A stretch of 64,000 nucleotides of DNA from positions 3,687-67,686 of IMG/VR virus record IMGVR_UViG_3300028840_000789; one strand, 5' to 3'. Below the pieces are notes generated by a model. The model ran no database searches and was not told the origin of the DNA. It saw nothing but the letters and a program-made list of their open reading frames with translations. The DNA is from a virus. Of this stretch, positions 32,139 to 42,668 are shown in pieces (positions within the stretch are counted from its first letter, which is position 1; every line of letters starts with the position of its first letter). The position numbers and the translations under genes are program-made.

Positions 32139-35100
32139 TATCTTACTACTTGATTTAGTCCAACATCTATTTCATTGACTTCAAGATCGTCCTGATCTGT
32201 ATTGTCATAAGTTAATTTAACAGCTAAATACATATCAACGAATCGTCTCTTAGCAGCGAGACCAACAGCACTCAAGCGGAGCTTGTTAAATCTCCAGGTG
32301 CGGAAACTTCGTCGTAGGTTGTACGGTGTGTACACACTAGTAAGTTGATCAAGATCTTGTTCACCCAGATCAATCTCGCTATTCCAAGCCTGTATCTTGC
32401 TAAAGGTCTTATCATTGTTATAGACACCATTCGTACTAATACTAGTGTTCCACCCCACGTTAAAGTAATGCTTCGTTAGATCAGCAGGTTCGGAGAACAC
32501 CGCTGTCAACGTCGTATCTTTAACTTGACCATCATAACCAACAGCACGATTATCTATATTGTGTTGGAACAGTTGCCCGTTTTCAACAGCTAATAGATAC
32601 TTACTAGTGTTAAAGAACTTAGTATCAATATAGTCGAACTGGCTCTCCCATGCACCTTGCTCACCTATCTTAGTAGCATAAGACCAAGTCTCGGAAGTGT
32701 TGCTCCCTTTGTTGAACGAAATCATTAGTCTGTCGTAACGATCATCGTAAGCAACTGACATACCCCCCGTATAATTCGGATCAGCGGTATTTTGTAGGTA
32801 AGGATTGTCACCAATTCCATCAATAAGATCTCTGAAGTAGTAACTCATACCTTGCTCACTTATCTGCTTCAACCCTTTCGATAGGATGAATATACGACCA
32901 TTAGTTTCAAAGACATATCCAAGTCGAGTAGTCTTATTGAAGAACTTCTTATCACTACCTAGGTAACCCTCCTCAGCAAAGACAGGTTCTTTAGGTATAG
33001 GATCAAATATGTCACTAGTCCCAAGAACAACTTCATCAACATTAGTAGCAAGCTTCTCACTACCCTTCGTGAGGAATAGTCCCCGCTCGTGGTGTATCAG
33101 TATTTTATCAGTATCAAGTGTAGCAAGATTCGTTATCGTACCACGATCTCGATTCTGCTCATAGTAATCATCAGGTAGAAAGATCCGCCATGATGATAGT
33201 TCACTCTCTACGTTCTGCTTAGGAGAACGAATAACTCGATAAGGATACTCGTCAATATCACTACCTTGCATCTCAGCCGCCCGTGTAAGATTAGCTGCTA
33301 TATGACCACGATTCATATCAATATATGTATCATAAGCCATCGCAGTTCGATAGCGATAGACAGCTTGACCACTTACATCATAATCTGGATACTGTGCAAT
33401 TACAGCTTCGTCTGGTGGAAATAACGTATCAATAGCAGCCTCATACCATATGTCCTCATTAAAACGTCTTAACGCCATGTTGTATCTACTACGAACTGGG
33501 ATCACCATTGATTTCCACGGGATGAAGTCTTGTAATGCTGTATTACTTTCAGGCCACTCACTAATTCGTGTCTCATAGAGATTAGTATAAGTATCACCAC
33601 CATAAAGTTCCGCAACCTCATAGATCTTAGGTGCAGGATCAATAGATGTTTGAGTTAATCCCAAACTACTAATACCTGCATTCTCTAATCTAAAGACACG
33701 TCCAGTTGTTAAACGTATTTGTGCATCAAAAGGTTGGTAGTAGTTAGTCTTTTCATTCAATAGTAAAGCAGCGGCTCTCCAATCACTAAGAGTACTTTCG
33801 GCACCATTTCTTGTTGTAGTTCTAATATGACCCTCACCACCTTTATTCTCTTGCGCCGAGTTATTATATTGGATGTACTTTTGGTCAACTACTTCAAGAT
33901 TCCAATCCTCAACAGGTATTGATGCAGGAGGCGATGTATATCCAGGAAGTATATCAGCCTCCAATAGTCGTTCATTATGCGGATCTTGACGTACCTCATA
34001 GACAAACGTAGATTTAAGATTAGTAATACTTAGACTGGGCTTATCTAATAGTAATCCAAAAGCATGAACTCTTTGCTCGGTACCGATAGTAGATGTATCA
34101 AAAGGCTCTTTAGGGAAGACATATCCTTCTTCAATTACACGACTGTTGGCTGTGGTTCTCTTAGCATACAGTATCTCAAACCCCTGTACCTTATCTAATA
34201 TACCTTGTGGTACTTGAATATTACTAACCGTAATACCAGTAGGCTTAGTATAGATGGTTGCCTGATCTTCTGCTCCTGTATCAGTTTCAACTGACCAGAA
34301 ACCACTAATAGCCCAGTTTCCATCTTGAGCAAAAAATGGACTTCCACTACCAGCAATTGATGTAGATACAGTAAGAAATATATAATCATCAGTATCTACA
34401 TCAATTTTAACAACACCCGCTATAGTGGCAGTATAGGCGTTTCCTGCACCCCCAGCCTCAGCAAAATAATCCGTCTCTTCAATAGTAAAAGTACGAATTG
34501 GTTTATGCGTATCCTCATCACCTTTACTTGTAGCACGCCAAAGAACCACTCTATATTTAGGTGCACCCCCTTTAGTGGTAGCGGTTATATCAACATTAAG
34601 CTTTAGTACAAGTGGATCACCACTAGGAGCCTTCCAGAAGGCGTTGTTTTCAACCGTACCGTACGTTCCAGTAACACTACTAGTCGTAATTAGTGTGCCG
34701 AATGGTACTTTATTCCTAATAACATCAGTAGCTTGTAGAGTTTTATGAATACTATTATCAGCAGCTGGCGTAGGTTCACTGACCTCAAGAAGTGTAGATA
34801 TGTGATCATCTAGTTCTTTAGTAGTAAACTTATGGAAGCGGATATACTTTGTATTCAATGACGGGAAGAGTTCTGTAGGATAGCCTAGATCAGCAGGATA
34901 TCTTTCATCATTCTGGTGGTAGCTCATATTCGCACCTAAGTTCTCAGCAGGTATAAACCAATCACCAAGTGCAACACCATCCATTCCGTACCATCTTATA
35001 AAGAAGGCATATACTTCGTTGTCTTGAAAAGCAACACGATTATATATAACCAGAGGATCAGCGTAGCTACCTTGTTTAGTATCCAAAGGCAACTCGTCTC

Positions 35101-36073
35101 CATAAACCGCACCAATTTCAATGTCATTCGCATATTCTTGATAGTCTATTACAGCGTCAGTTGAGAGATCAGCAGCGTAGAGACGACCTCCCGCTGTAGT
35201 AAAGTCTCCAATACGATCATAACTAGGACGCTGTACTAGCAACTCGATTGGATCAATACTGTTCATACCATCTTCTACTATTGTAACCGCACGTGACAAT
35301 ATACTATCAGCGTCATATTCAGTTGGACAAGCAAGAGTATAGTTAGTTTCAAATGCAAAAGTACCTTCATCAATTTGCTGTAGAACAGCAATCTTAAAGT
35401 CGTCAAACTTTTCATCGAAGTCACGTATATTAACAGATAGTGAAGCATCATTATCTTCAACTACAATAATATTAGATAGTCCTACCCAATTAGTAAACCC
35501 TTCACCTGCATCATACTGGTACGAGATAGAGACCTGGTATGTACCAGCTTTCCACCCACCACCAGACCCAACTGCATTGAGTTCAAAGGTAGGTACTTTA
35601 ATTTCCGGAAATAGTAATGTATCAGCAAGAGTGTCCTGGAGTATACCAGTAGATGCTCCAGTAGTCTGATTTATTTCAATAGTAATAAGACGAGGACGAG
35701 TTACAGCATCAGTAAAAACAACTTCGATATTCAGCTCCCGTGTGTACTTCGCCTTAGCCCTAATAGGGGATGAGGTTGTCCAGCCATAATCAAAAGTATT
35801 GATAACTTCCGTAGACCAATCCTTACGAACTCGTACGATACGATTCGGAAAAAGACCACTCCCTGTATAATCAACTAAGAAGAACAGTAACGTCTCGTCA
35901 GGCAATACCAGCTCACCTATCGGGATGTAGTCACCGAACGTAACTTTCGATTCAACTCCCCATGTATTAGTATAGACTCCGTTAGCATATGCAGCATTAC
36001 GTGCATCACGAAGTCTACCATTCGGATGATACTGAATAGGAGGATCTTTTACAACACCTAATATTGTTTTCAT
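32138..36073 (-). CDS. Tail muzzle / stabilization protein (P22 gp10-like), 1311 aa
   Basis: Size, beta-propeller-like composition; F...EVYAF.I, SWR.F, G.I.NL and IS..GM..YF motifs; follows the tubular ring gene. Confidence 0.8.
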   Translation of the reverse strand: MKTILGVVKDPPIQYHPNGRLRDARNAAYANGVYTNTWGVESKVTFGDYIPIGELVLPDETLLFFLVDYTGSGLFPNRIVRVRKDWSTEVINTFDYGWTTSSPIRAKAKYTRELNIEVVFTDAVTRPRLITIEINQTTGASTGILQDTLADTLLFPEIKVPTFELNAVGSGGGWKAGTYQVSISYQYDAGEGFTNWVGLSNIIVVEDNDASLSVNIRDFDEKFDDFKIAVLQQIDEGTFAFETNYTLACPTEYDADSILSRAVTIVEDGMNSIDPIELLVQRPSYDRIGDFTTAGGRLYAADLSTDAVIDYQEYANDIEIGAVYGDELPLDTKQGSYADPLVIYNRVAFQDNEVYAFFIRWYGMDGVALGDWFIPAENLGANMSYHQNDERYPADLGYPTELFPSLNTKYIRFHKFTTKELDDHISTLLEVSEPTPAADNSIHKTLQATDVIRNKVPFGTLITTSSVTGTYGTVENNAFWKAPSGDPLVLKLNVDITATTKGGAPKYRVVLWRATSKGDEDTHKPIRTFTIEETDYFAEAGGAGNAYTATIAGVVKIDVDTDDYIFLTVSTSIAGSGSPFFAQDGNWAISGFWSVETDTGAEDQATIYTKPTGITVSNIQVPQGILDKVQGFEILYAKRTTANSRVIEEGYVFPKEPFDTSTIGTEQRVHAFGLLLDKPSLSITNLKSTFVYEVRQDPHNERLLEADILPGYTSPPASIPVEDWNLEVVDQKYIQYNNSAQENKGGEGHIRTTTRNGAESTLSDWRAAALLLNEKTNYYQPFDAQIRLTTGRVFRLENAGISSLGLTQTSIDPAPKIYEVAELYGGDTYTNLYETRISEWPESNTALQDFIPWKSMVIPVRSRYNMALRRFNEDIWYEAAIDTLFPPDEAVIAQYPDYDVSGQAVYRYRTAMAYDTYIDMNRGHIAANLTRAAEMQGSDIDEYPYRVIRSPKQNVESELSSWRIFLPDDYYEQNRDRGTITNLATLDTDKILIHHERGLFLTKGSEKLATNVDEVVLGTSDIFDPIPKEPVFAEEGYLGSDKKFFNKTTRLGYVFETNGRIFILSKGLKQISEQGMSYYFRDLIDGIGDNPYLQNTADPNYTGGMSVAYDDRYDRLMISFNKGSNTSETWSYATKIGEQGAWESQFDYIDTKFFNTSKYLLAVENGQLFQHNIDNRAVGYDGQVKDTTLTAVFSEPADLTKHYFNVGWNTSISTNGVYNNDKTFSKIQAWNSEIDLGEQDLDQLTSVYTPYNLRRSFRTWRFNKLRLSAVGLAAKRRFVDMYLAVKLTYDNTDQDDLEVNEIDVGLNQVVR

Positions 36074-36939
36074 ATGAGATAAGCATTATAGAAACCAGGG
36101 TTCTGTTCTTGACCTTTAAAGAAATAATCAGACGCATAAGGATCAAACTTCCACGATGTCCACATCTTAGCAAACCTATCTTGCTTGTCAATGTTCAAGA
36201 TCCTTGCTTCATTAGATGCTCTATGACGATAACTTTCCCAATACTCATGAGCCTTATCATAGTTGAACTCTGGATGTTTGTGACCTTGTAATATAAGACG
36301 ACTTAGTACATAGAAGAATACTGCCTGCTTATATTTGAAAGTATCTACAATCTGAGGTATACCATCTTCATCCATTGGAAACAGCTTGCCGTAGATCCGG
36401 ATATTACCACTAGGAAACGAAGTCGTAATACCATCTTCATCTAGTTGATAATAATGACCAAGAGCAACTGTATTAATATTGTTAACACCAAGACTTCCTG
36501 CAAGCTTGATGATCTTCTCTAACAATTCGTCCTGCAACGCTTGTAGTTCTAAGACATAGCTTGGTGTTGCAGTATCTTTCATATCTTCAAGTGCTTGCCA
36601 TTGAGCATTGAGACGATTAAGTTCATCAAGTCGATATGGATCAGTATCCATCGTATCCTCAACAGTAGAACCAATAGCAGCAGCAGTTAGGTCTGCTCCT
36701 AACGGCAGGCGTCGATTCATATATTCAACATGACTAATTCGTTCAAATCCATATGGGAAAGGAGCTTTATGGTCAGTAACCGTAGCATCCTTATAACCTT
36801 TCTTAGTGTTGGCATGATAGCCAATACCAACGATGGCCTCGCCTATCATGTCGTAAGCATCACCAACCCAGTCGTTACTAATAGGTTTGATGTCTCTCAT
36901 TATCATATCAATGATAACCTTACAGCTAATTTTCTTCAT
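36070..36939 (-). CDS. Tail ring (tubular, P22 gp4-like) protein, 289 aa
   Basis: IGEA...IG, I.TSF..G.I.I....P.DEDG.P.I motifs; gene order. Confidence 0.75.
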   Translation of the reverse strand: MKKISCKVIIDMIMRDIKPISNDWVGDAYDMIGEAIVGIGYHANTKKGYKDATVTDHKAPFPYGFERISHVEYMNRRLPLGADLTAAAIGSTVEDTMDTDPYRLDELNRLNAQWQALEDMKDTATPSYVLELQALQDELLEKIIKLAGSLGVNNINTVALGHYYQLDEDGITTSFPSGNIRIYGKLFPMDEDGIPQIVDTFKYKQAVFFYVLSRLILQGHKHPEFNYDKAHEYWESYRHRASNEARILNIDKQDRFAKMWTSWKFDPYASDYFFKGQEQNPGFYNAYLI

Positions 36940-37417
36940 ATCGAAGTCTCTTTAATGGATCACTACATGATTTAGATAGCAAGGCTTTCGGCTGTTTGGT
37001 TACCTGTAGCTTATAGCGATTACCGCCTTCTTCTACAAACATATTGTTACCAACATTCCAATGATAGAAAACCTCGTCAGTATGATAAACAAACCAAGGT
37101 TCACCACCATTATCGCCTTTGAGAGGGGTAATACCTTGATCTACTAATTGTTGTCGATAGCGTAGACTAGCTGGCATACTAAGAACAGGTTTATTGTAAT
37201 CCCGCTGTTTAGCACTAATACGAAAGGTACCAATCGGTGTACGGACTTGATGTCCATCAACAACCTCCTCAATCAGCCTCTTTAACGTCATCGTTACAAC
37301 TGACCGGAACTGTTCGTAAGGTACTTGCTTGCGGAGTGGGAATGTCTTATATGCCCTCTTTAGGTCTGGCTTCATCAATCTGAATTTCAGGTTCGTAGTC
37401 TTTACGGTTAGTTTCAA
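36926..37417 (-). CDS. IHF/HU-like DNA-binding protein of the crAss-like tail module, 163 aa
   Basis: Helical N-terminus then G..V..P.G.F.I; basic; conserved position between ring genes. Confidence 0.6.
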   Translation of the reverse strand: MKLTVKTTNLKFRLMKPDLKRAYKTFPLRKQVPYEQFRSVVTMTLKRLIEEVVDGHQVRTPIGTFRISAKQRDYNKPVLSMPASLRYRQQLVDQGITPLKGDNGGEPWFVYHTDEVFYHWNVGNNMFVEEGGNRYKLQVTKQPKALLSKSCSDPLKRLRYEEN

Positions 37418-37976
37418 AGTAGAGCTTTTTCATTGCATGAAACAAGTCGTCTGGTATCTCTAGTACAGGAATACAAGGTACACCATTTGCATTCTTTATA
37501 CGACCAACAGTAAGTAAATCAGCAAACACTGCTCTAACAGATACATACTTGATGTTATCAAAGAAGTATAAGTAACCGTTAGCATAGAAGTAATACTGAC
37601 TTTTGGAAAACTTAGTGGTGCGGTAGGCTAGTCGCTCGGGTGTTATAAAAGAGTGGAGGCTTTGTCCATCTGTTCCGCTAACTGATATAAAACCAGGTGC
37701 GTCATCTTGATACATAATAGGTTTAGGAATCTGTTCAACAGTTCGATAAACTTTCTGAGTACTACCAGGCGATAAGCTGAGCGTATCCTCCACTAGAGCA
37801 AGTCGCTCAAGCGTATGTGCATGCATATGAGGTACTGTACGACGCTTCGTAATCTCACGTCTTAGTATCTCGCCTCTTGCTATCGAGAGATCACGTCGAA
37901 TCCGCAACTTGTTCTTAGTTGAATCCGACTGGCCCTCATAAGCAGCAATGTTATCAACAGCTTCTTTGAATAGCAT
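37347..37976 (-). CDS. Tail ring protein (start re-assigned to MLFKEAV, ~209 aa)
   Basis: RT...IPKPI and YYF.NGYLY....V.V.AVF.D motifs; the longer upstream start runs through a terminator. Confidence 0.65.
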   Translation of the reverse strand: MLFKEAVDNIAAYEGQSDSTKNKLRIRRDLSIARGEILRREITKRRTVPHMHAHTLERLALVEDTLSLSPGSTQKVYRTVEQIPKPIMYQDDAPGFISVSGTDGQSLHSFITPERLAYRTTKFSKSQYYFYANGYLYFFDNIKYVSVRAVFADLLTVGRIKNANGVPCIPVLEIPDDLFHAMKKLYFETNRKDYEPEIQIDEARPKEGI

Positions 37977-38002
37977 AATATATGTCAAGTTTTTTATACA
38001 AT

Positions 38003-38032
38003 AAAAAAGGTACGAAAAAATCGTACCTTTTT
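38003..38032 (-). terminator. Intrinsic terminator after the capsid/auxiliary capsid genes (possibly bidirectional)
   Basis: AAAAAGGTACGA-N5-TCGTACCTTTTT inverted repeat with a U-tract on the minus strand. Confidence 0.8.
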
Positions 38033-38084
38033 CAAGTAAAAGTATAGCGAAAGTCAGAGAAAGACTCACTATCATTAGATGATA

Positions 38085-39374
38085 TTAAATACCACCTAAA
38101 CCATCAGCACCGTTCAGAAGCACTCCAAGTACGTCCTCAAACTCAGCTTGACCTCCGTTGTTATCCGTTGACGGGAAAGCAACTTTCAAATGCTGGAATA
38201 GTTTGTGGGCAGTCTTAGCGGTAGCACCCGTTCCGACCTGATGAGGTAATTGATAAACGAAATCGTACTGATCGTAAGTCTCCGTAGATACAGTCTTGAG
38301 GTCATCAAGAGGCATGTACCTGTGAATAAAGTCAGCAGTACCTTTCAGTCCGCGGGCCTCATTCTCATCGGCTTGTACGTCAGCAGCAATACCTGCACCC
38401 TTAGTTCCTGAAACCAGGTAAGAGACTTCGGCATCCTCATATACACTACCAGAGCCAGTAGCGAGTGAGAAGTTGCGTCCTCTTACTTGACTAACAATAG
38501 TCAGACCTAAATTGGTCGTCGGGGCAGTAGCACCAAGGTCTCTTGCATTAGCATTGGCAATCGTTGCACTTGCAAACGGCCATGCCCTATCAAGAACCAA
38601 AGTAGTAGTAGCAGTTCCAGTCTGTGCTTGGAAGAGCTGTCCATTCAAGGAAACATAGTCACCTACACCTACACCATGATTGGCGGAAGTAGTAAGAGAG
38701 GTTGAACCAAGAACAGCGGCAACCGTAGCAGAGTTAGCAAAAGCAGAGCCTCCACCATCAGCAATTGAAACACTAGCTGCAACCCAGCTGTATTTTGTGT
38801 CAGCCTCAATAAGAGCGGCCAGCTTCAACAGCATGGAAAGATCCGTTTCTGAATCATCAGCAGTGGTATTTACATTGAAGATATCTCTGTAAATTGCACC
38901 ACCTTGATCTGAATTTTCAGTATCCAGAATCTTAATCTCAAGAGCGTCATACTTGCTAACAGCAACAGGCGTATTGAGATCACCAGCTGAAACCGTAGCG
39001 GGAGTGGAAGGATCAACTACATAGCCAATACCGAACACCTGATAAACAGGAGCAGTATAAGCAGCAGCTTTATACTTCACAAGACCGTTTGACGGCACAG
39101 GAATGGGTTGAGAAACTTGAGCACCAGATGAAGTTCCAACAGCAATCACAACATGATCACCATCAAAAGAACTATCAGGCACTTTACCAGCGGCATCCGC
39201 GCCACCGTCAATGATAAGGGCTTGCTTGTATGCGTTGTTCGTACTAGTAGGAGAAATCCCATAGATACCAACAGCACCTTCTCTCAGATCCACCGGAGTG
39301 AGAGCGGTGTTAGCACCAGCACTAGACTTGTTGTCAGCATACGCCAAGTCCTTCATAATCATTACTTTACGCAT
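38085..39374 (-). CDS. Auxiliary capsid (decoration) protein, 429 aa
   Basis: A/T/S/G-rich beta protein three genes downstream of the MCP and ending at a strong terminator; C-terminal TYD.Y....L.VAFP motif. Confidence 0.65.
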   Translation of the reverse strand: MRKVMIMKDLAYADNKSSAGANTALTPVDLREGAVGIYGISPTSTNNAYKQALIIDGGADAAGKVPDSSFDGDHVVIAVGTSSGAQVSQPIPVPSNGLVKYKAAAYTAPVYQVFGIGYVVDPSTPATVSAGDLNTPVAVSKYDALEIKILDTENSDQGGAIYRDIFNVNTTADDSETDLSMLLKLAALIEADTKYSWVAASVSIADGGGSAFANSATVAAVLGSTSLTTSANHGVGVGDYVSLNGQLFQAQTGTATTTLVLDRAWPFASATIANANARDLGATAPTTNLGLTIVSQVRGRNFSLATGSGSVYEDAEVSYLVSGTKGAGIAADVQADENEARGLKGTADFIHRYMPLDDLKTVSTETYDQYDFVYQLPHQVGTGATAKTAHKLFQHLKVAFPSTDNNGGQAEFEDVLGVLLNGADGLGGI

Positions 39375-39422
39375 CGTGTATGATATTTAGATGTTAAACA
39401 AATAGATAAATAATTACAAGTA

Positions 39423-40070
39423 TTAACCTTTGAGGTTAGCTATCTTCTCCTGTCGTTGTTCGACGAAGGTGGCTATCTCAACGGTAGCAATATCAATAAT
39501 ACGATATATTGCTTTATTAGTCAAGGGATAAGTATCATTTGGTGACCCCTGGATGTCCCAAACCGTCGGCTGTTTATAGTACAGCATCTTAGCTAAGAGT
39601 ACATCGAAAGTACTATTCTTATATAACCGTAGTTGACTACCTTCAATAATACCATTAACAGATTCAACATGCGTTCCGTAATACGAATCGTCATTTAGCT
39701 CCCATATCTTCTCACTATCTATAATATCAACTCCGTTCCAAGTAGGATCAGGTTGACATCCACTAGAACCAGTTTGTGTTTGAGCACTAACTTGGATATA
39801 GTCTCGGTAATCCGAAGGTAGATTGAATAGGACTGAATCACTTTGTGTAGAAGCAGGATTAAGATCACCAGATGTAACTCTTAGGTAACGTAAATAATCT
39901 TGAGATGTCTCACGATCATCATGGTCACTATTAAGAATTGAATCAATAAAGTCGTTAGTAGCTTTCAAAAGAAAGAGGTCTATCTCCTCCGGTTCTAGAT
40001 TACCGTAAAGGAGATAGCCTCTTGTTTGTAGCTTAGTCTCTAAGAGCAATACAGCTTCTTGCTGTGTCAT
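39423..40070 (-). CDS. Tail ring / head-tail connector protein, 215 aa
   Basis: EEID.FL.KA, F.LP.DY, Y.K.P and II..A motifs of crAss-like ring proteins. Confidence 0.7.
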   Translation of the reverse strand: MTQQEAVLLLETKLQTRGYLLYGNLEPEEIDLFLLKATNDFIDSILNSDHDDRETSQDYLRYLRVTSGDLNPASTQSDSVLFNLPSDYRDYIQVSAQTQTGSSGCQPDPTWNGVDIIDSEKIWELNDDSYYGTHVESVNGIIEGSQLRLYKNSTFDVLLAKMLYYKQPTVWDIQGSPNDTYPLTNKAIYRIIDIATVEIATFVEQRQEKIANLKG

Positions 40071-41143
40071 TTCCTAGCGTTCTTTAGTCTCTGTTTCAAG
40101 ACCGTCAGAGTTTGACTAAAGGAGGGTGATTTGAGTGAAGCAAGAGCTTCGTCATCGTCGGAACCTACTGGTTCACGTTCATTCATCACGACGTTTCCTT
40201 CACGTCTAAGTATGCCATGACTGATAAACGATTCGAGCAGAGCTTTCCACTCCAAATCAGGATCACTCACAACACCATTAAACTCTTCTGGTCGTTGTTC
40301 TTTAAATTCCTCAAGTGCGAGTTCCTTATCATCATCATCCAGATCACTAACCCGGAACACGCCTCTGAGTGTAGGAGGAACATAGCCTGTAGCACCATCC
40401 ATTGGCACACTGGTTTTAACACCACGTCGTGCAACTTCAAGAACCCAATCTCGTCTTGTCTCAGCACCAGCTGCGGTAAGTTCGAGATATGCTCTGCCAG
40501 CTTCTTTGCGTGCGTTCTTACGCGCCACCTTGTCTGTCTTGAGCACTGCCTTATCCTCGATATACGCGATGTAGAATCCTATGTCCAAGTCTTGAACTTC
40601 CGCCCAAGAGTTAGCAACTCTAGGATGCTTCATTGCGTGACGATACATCATTATGTCTCTCATGTACTCCCGTTGGAATACAACGTCACCTTTCCAATTA
40701 ATAGGCACCTTGATGACACGTCCTTCATCAAAGGGTATAGTGATTGAGAAATCATTATAAAAGGTGTCAACTTCGACCCCAAACTTGGGATCATTTGCAC
40801 TAAGTCCGATTAACTCTATTGCAACTTCCGCTAACTCTTCATCAGTAAGAGATCTGTATGCGTGACGGGCACCTGGTTCAGCAAATGCACCAACACGTGT
40901 TCTCGTCTCCGACTGAACTTCTTTAGGAAGGGTAATAAAAGATCGGGTTGCCCTGATCGTTACTTCCTTATAACCTACTACTTTCGATTCGTCCTTCTCT
41001 TCGGTTATAGGAGCAACTGGGGGAGCCGCCTGCTGAGCTACAGGTTGTTCTTCTACTACAGTCTCTGCTACAGCTTCGGCTGTCTTAGTAGATGAAGCAT
41101 TAGTACTCTTAGCAATCGGCTTCCCTTTAGTTGTTCCTGCCAT
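40067..41143 (-). CDS. Conserved crAss-like protein encoded downstream of the major capsid protein, 358 aa
   Basis: Gene order; Y.....HP.VA and F.....D.DL..K.L motifs. Confidence 0.6.
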   Translation of the reverse strand: MAGTTKGKPIAKSTNASSTKTAEAVAETVVEEQPVAQQAAPPVAPITEEKDESKVVGYKEVTIRATRSFITLPKEVQSETRTRVGAFAEPGARHAYRSLTDEELAEVAIELIGLSANDPKFGVEVDTFYNDFSITIPFDEGRVIKVPINWKGDVVFQREYMRDIMMYRHAMKHPRVANSWAEVQDLDIGFYIAYIEDKAVLKTDKVARKNARKEAGRAYLELTAAGAETRRDWVLEVARRGVKTSVPMDGATGYVPPTLRGVFRVSDLDDDDKELALEEFKEQRPEEFNGVVSDPDLEWKALLESFISHGILRREGNVVMNEREPVGSDDDEALASLKSPSFSQTLTVLKQRLKNARK

Positions 41144-41148
41144 CAGTA

Positions 41149-42624
41149 TTATCCGTTAATTGTGTTGAAAACTTTCAAACAGTTCGTTGGCCGCTTGATC
41201 ACGATGCCTTGCGTCTTCATCCTTTCAATGCTAGATGCATCAATGTCAGAAGCAGCAAACATGCTGTCATCAATACCAGGTATCCTTGCCATACCTTGAA
41301 CGACCTTCTTGATCTCCTCACGTCCTTTTTCAGACACGTATTGAACATTAGGCTCACCTTCGTAGATGGACATATCGACAGCGTACATATTGTACGACTC
41401 TATCGGGTATCCTTCTATCGGGTGCTCACCGGAGATCTCAGCCATCGGGCCTCTATCGAACATCGGGTGGTAACGGAAGTTCACTTTATGACCTTCTCTA
41501 GTAACGTAACTTGAGAAGAAGGGGCCATTCAGCATGTACTTACCATCACCTTGCTTTTGCATGATCTTCTGCTCAACGAGGGTGAATGACTTGATCTTAT
41601 CTTCCATAGCACGGGATACTTCATTCATACCACCAGTACCAGTGAAGATTTCGATTGTAACTTTCTGTGCGCCACTAGCATTGAAAACGAGATCATTAAC
41701 AATGGTCTCAATCTTCTTGGTAGTCATCTTAACATAGGTATCTACGTTATCAATCTGCTGAAGCAGACCAGCACCAGAAGTAACAACCTCACCAGAGTCT
41801 TCGTCATCGTTATGGATCACACCATCAGCATCCTTGTTGTACTGTGAATGCCACAGGTCATGCTCCAACTTCTCCCTTAACTGGATGTCCGACAAGTACA
41901 TCTCCCACTGTGACCAGAACTGGAAGGTTCGACCATCAGCTTTGATGTTGTAGACCATCACTTTGTTCCCCATGTTACCAACGATGTTGTAGGTATCCCT
42001 GACAACTGACAGTTGGTTTTGGAGAGCATACGGAGTGTAAGAACGATGTTCAACACCTCTGGAACGATTCTTACTTACCTTAGCAATACCTTGCGCCCAC
42101 TTAACGCCAGCAACAATGTCTTTATAAGGTACGTAAGTATTAGGATTGTTCGTTATGATCTTGAACCTGTAGAGAAATTCTCCATCATTTGGTTTAGGAT
42201 CACCTTGAACACGAACCTCAATCTTAGAGGGAGTGTAAACAGTCTGAGACTTGAAGAACCAACGATCCTTGAAGGGAACGATAAATTCTTGGAATCCTTT
42301 ACCAGGAGTATCAGTACTAGAGTACAACGACCTACTAATTGTAGAGGTCTTCTTGGGTCTTCCCAAGACAGGCCATTTGTATGACAGGTCGGCGGAACCG
42401 ATCTGTACAGACTTAGCGACCCTTCCGAGACCTTCCGTCAGCCACAGCATCGGGAAAGCATAACTTGAATAGGACTGGCTTCCATCACCGTACAAGAATG
42501 TACTTGCTTGGGAGAGCCACTCGCTGTGACTAAGGAAAGCTCTAGCTAAGTGATTCTCAGCAGTGAACTCCTTGTCGTTGAATTGTGCAGTGTACAACTG
42601 CAAATCTTGATTAAAAGCAGCCAT
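41149..42624 (-). CDS. Major capsid protein (HK97 fold, crAss-like), 491 aa
   Basis: Size; NQL...R, G.GLLQQI, FTG.GG, F..Y.T..GH and HP..G.P.ESY motifs; downstream of portal and scaffold. Confidence 0.9.
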   Translation of the reverse strand: MAAFNQDLQLYTAQFNDKEFTAENHLARAFLSHSEWLSQASTFLYGDGSQSYSSYAFPMLWLTEGLGRVAKSVQIGSADLSYKWPVLGRPKKTSTISRSLYSSTDTPGKGFQEFIVPFKDRWFFKSQTVYTPSKIEVRVQGDPKPNDGEFLYRFKIITNNPNTYVPYKDIVAGVKWAQGIAKVSKNRSRGVEHRSYTPYALQNQLSVVRDTYNIVGNMGNKVMVYNIKADGRTFQFWSQWEMYLSDIQLREKLEHDLWHSQYNKDADGVIHNDDEDSGEVVTSGAGLLQQIDNVDTYVKMTTKKIETIVNDLVFNASGAQKVTIEIFTGTGGMNEVSRAMEDKIKSFTLVEQKIMQKQGDGKYMLNGPFFSSYVTREGHKVNFRYHPMFDRGPMAEISGEHPIEGYPIESYNMYAVDMSIYEGEPNVQYVSEKGREEIKKVVQGMARIPGIDDSMFAASDIDASSIERMKTQGIVIKRPTNCLKVFNTING

Positions 42625-42668
42625 TTGTTCTTCTTTACTTTATAAATTAACTTCTAAAACTTAAACAA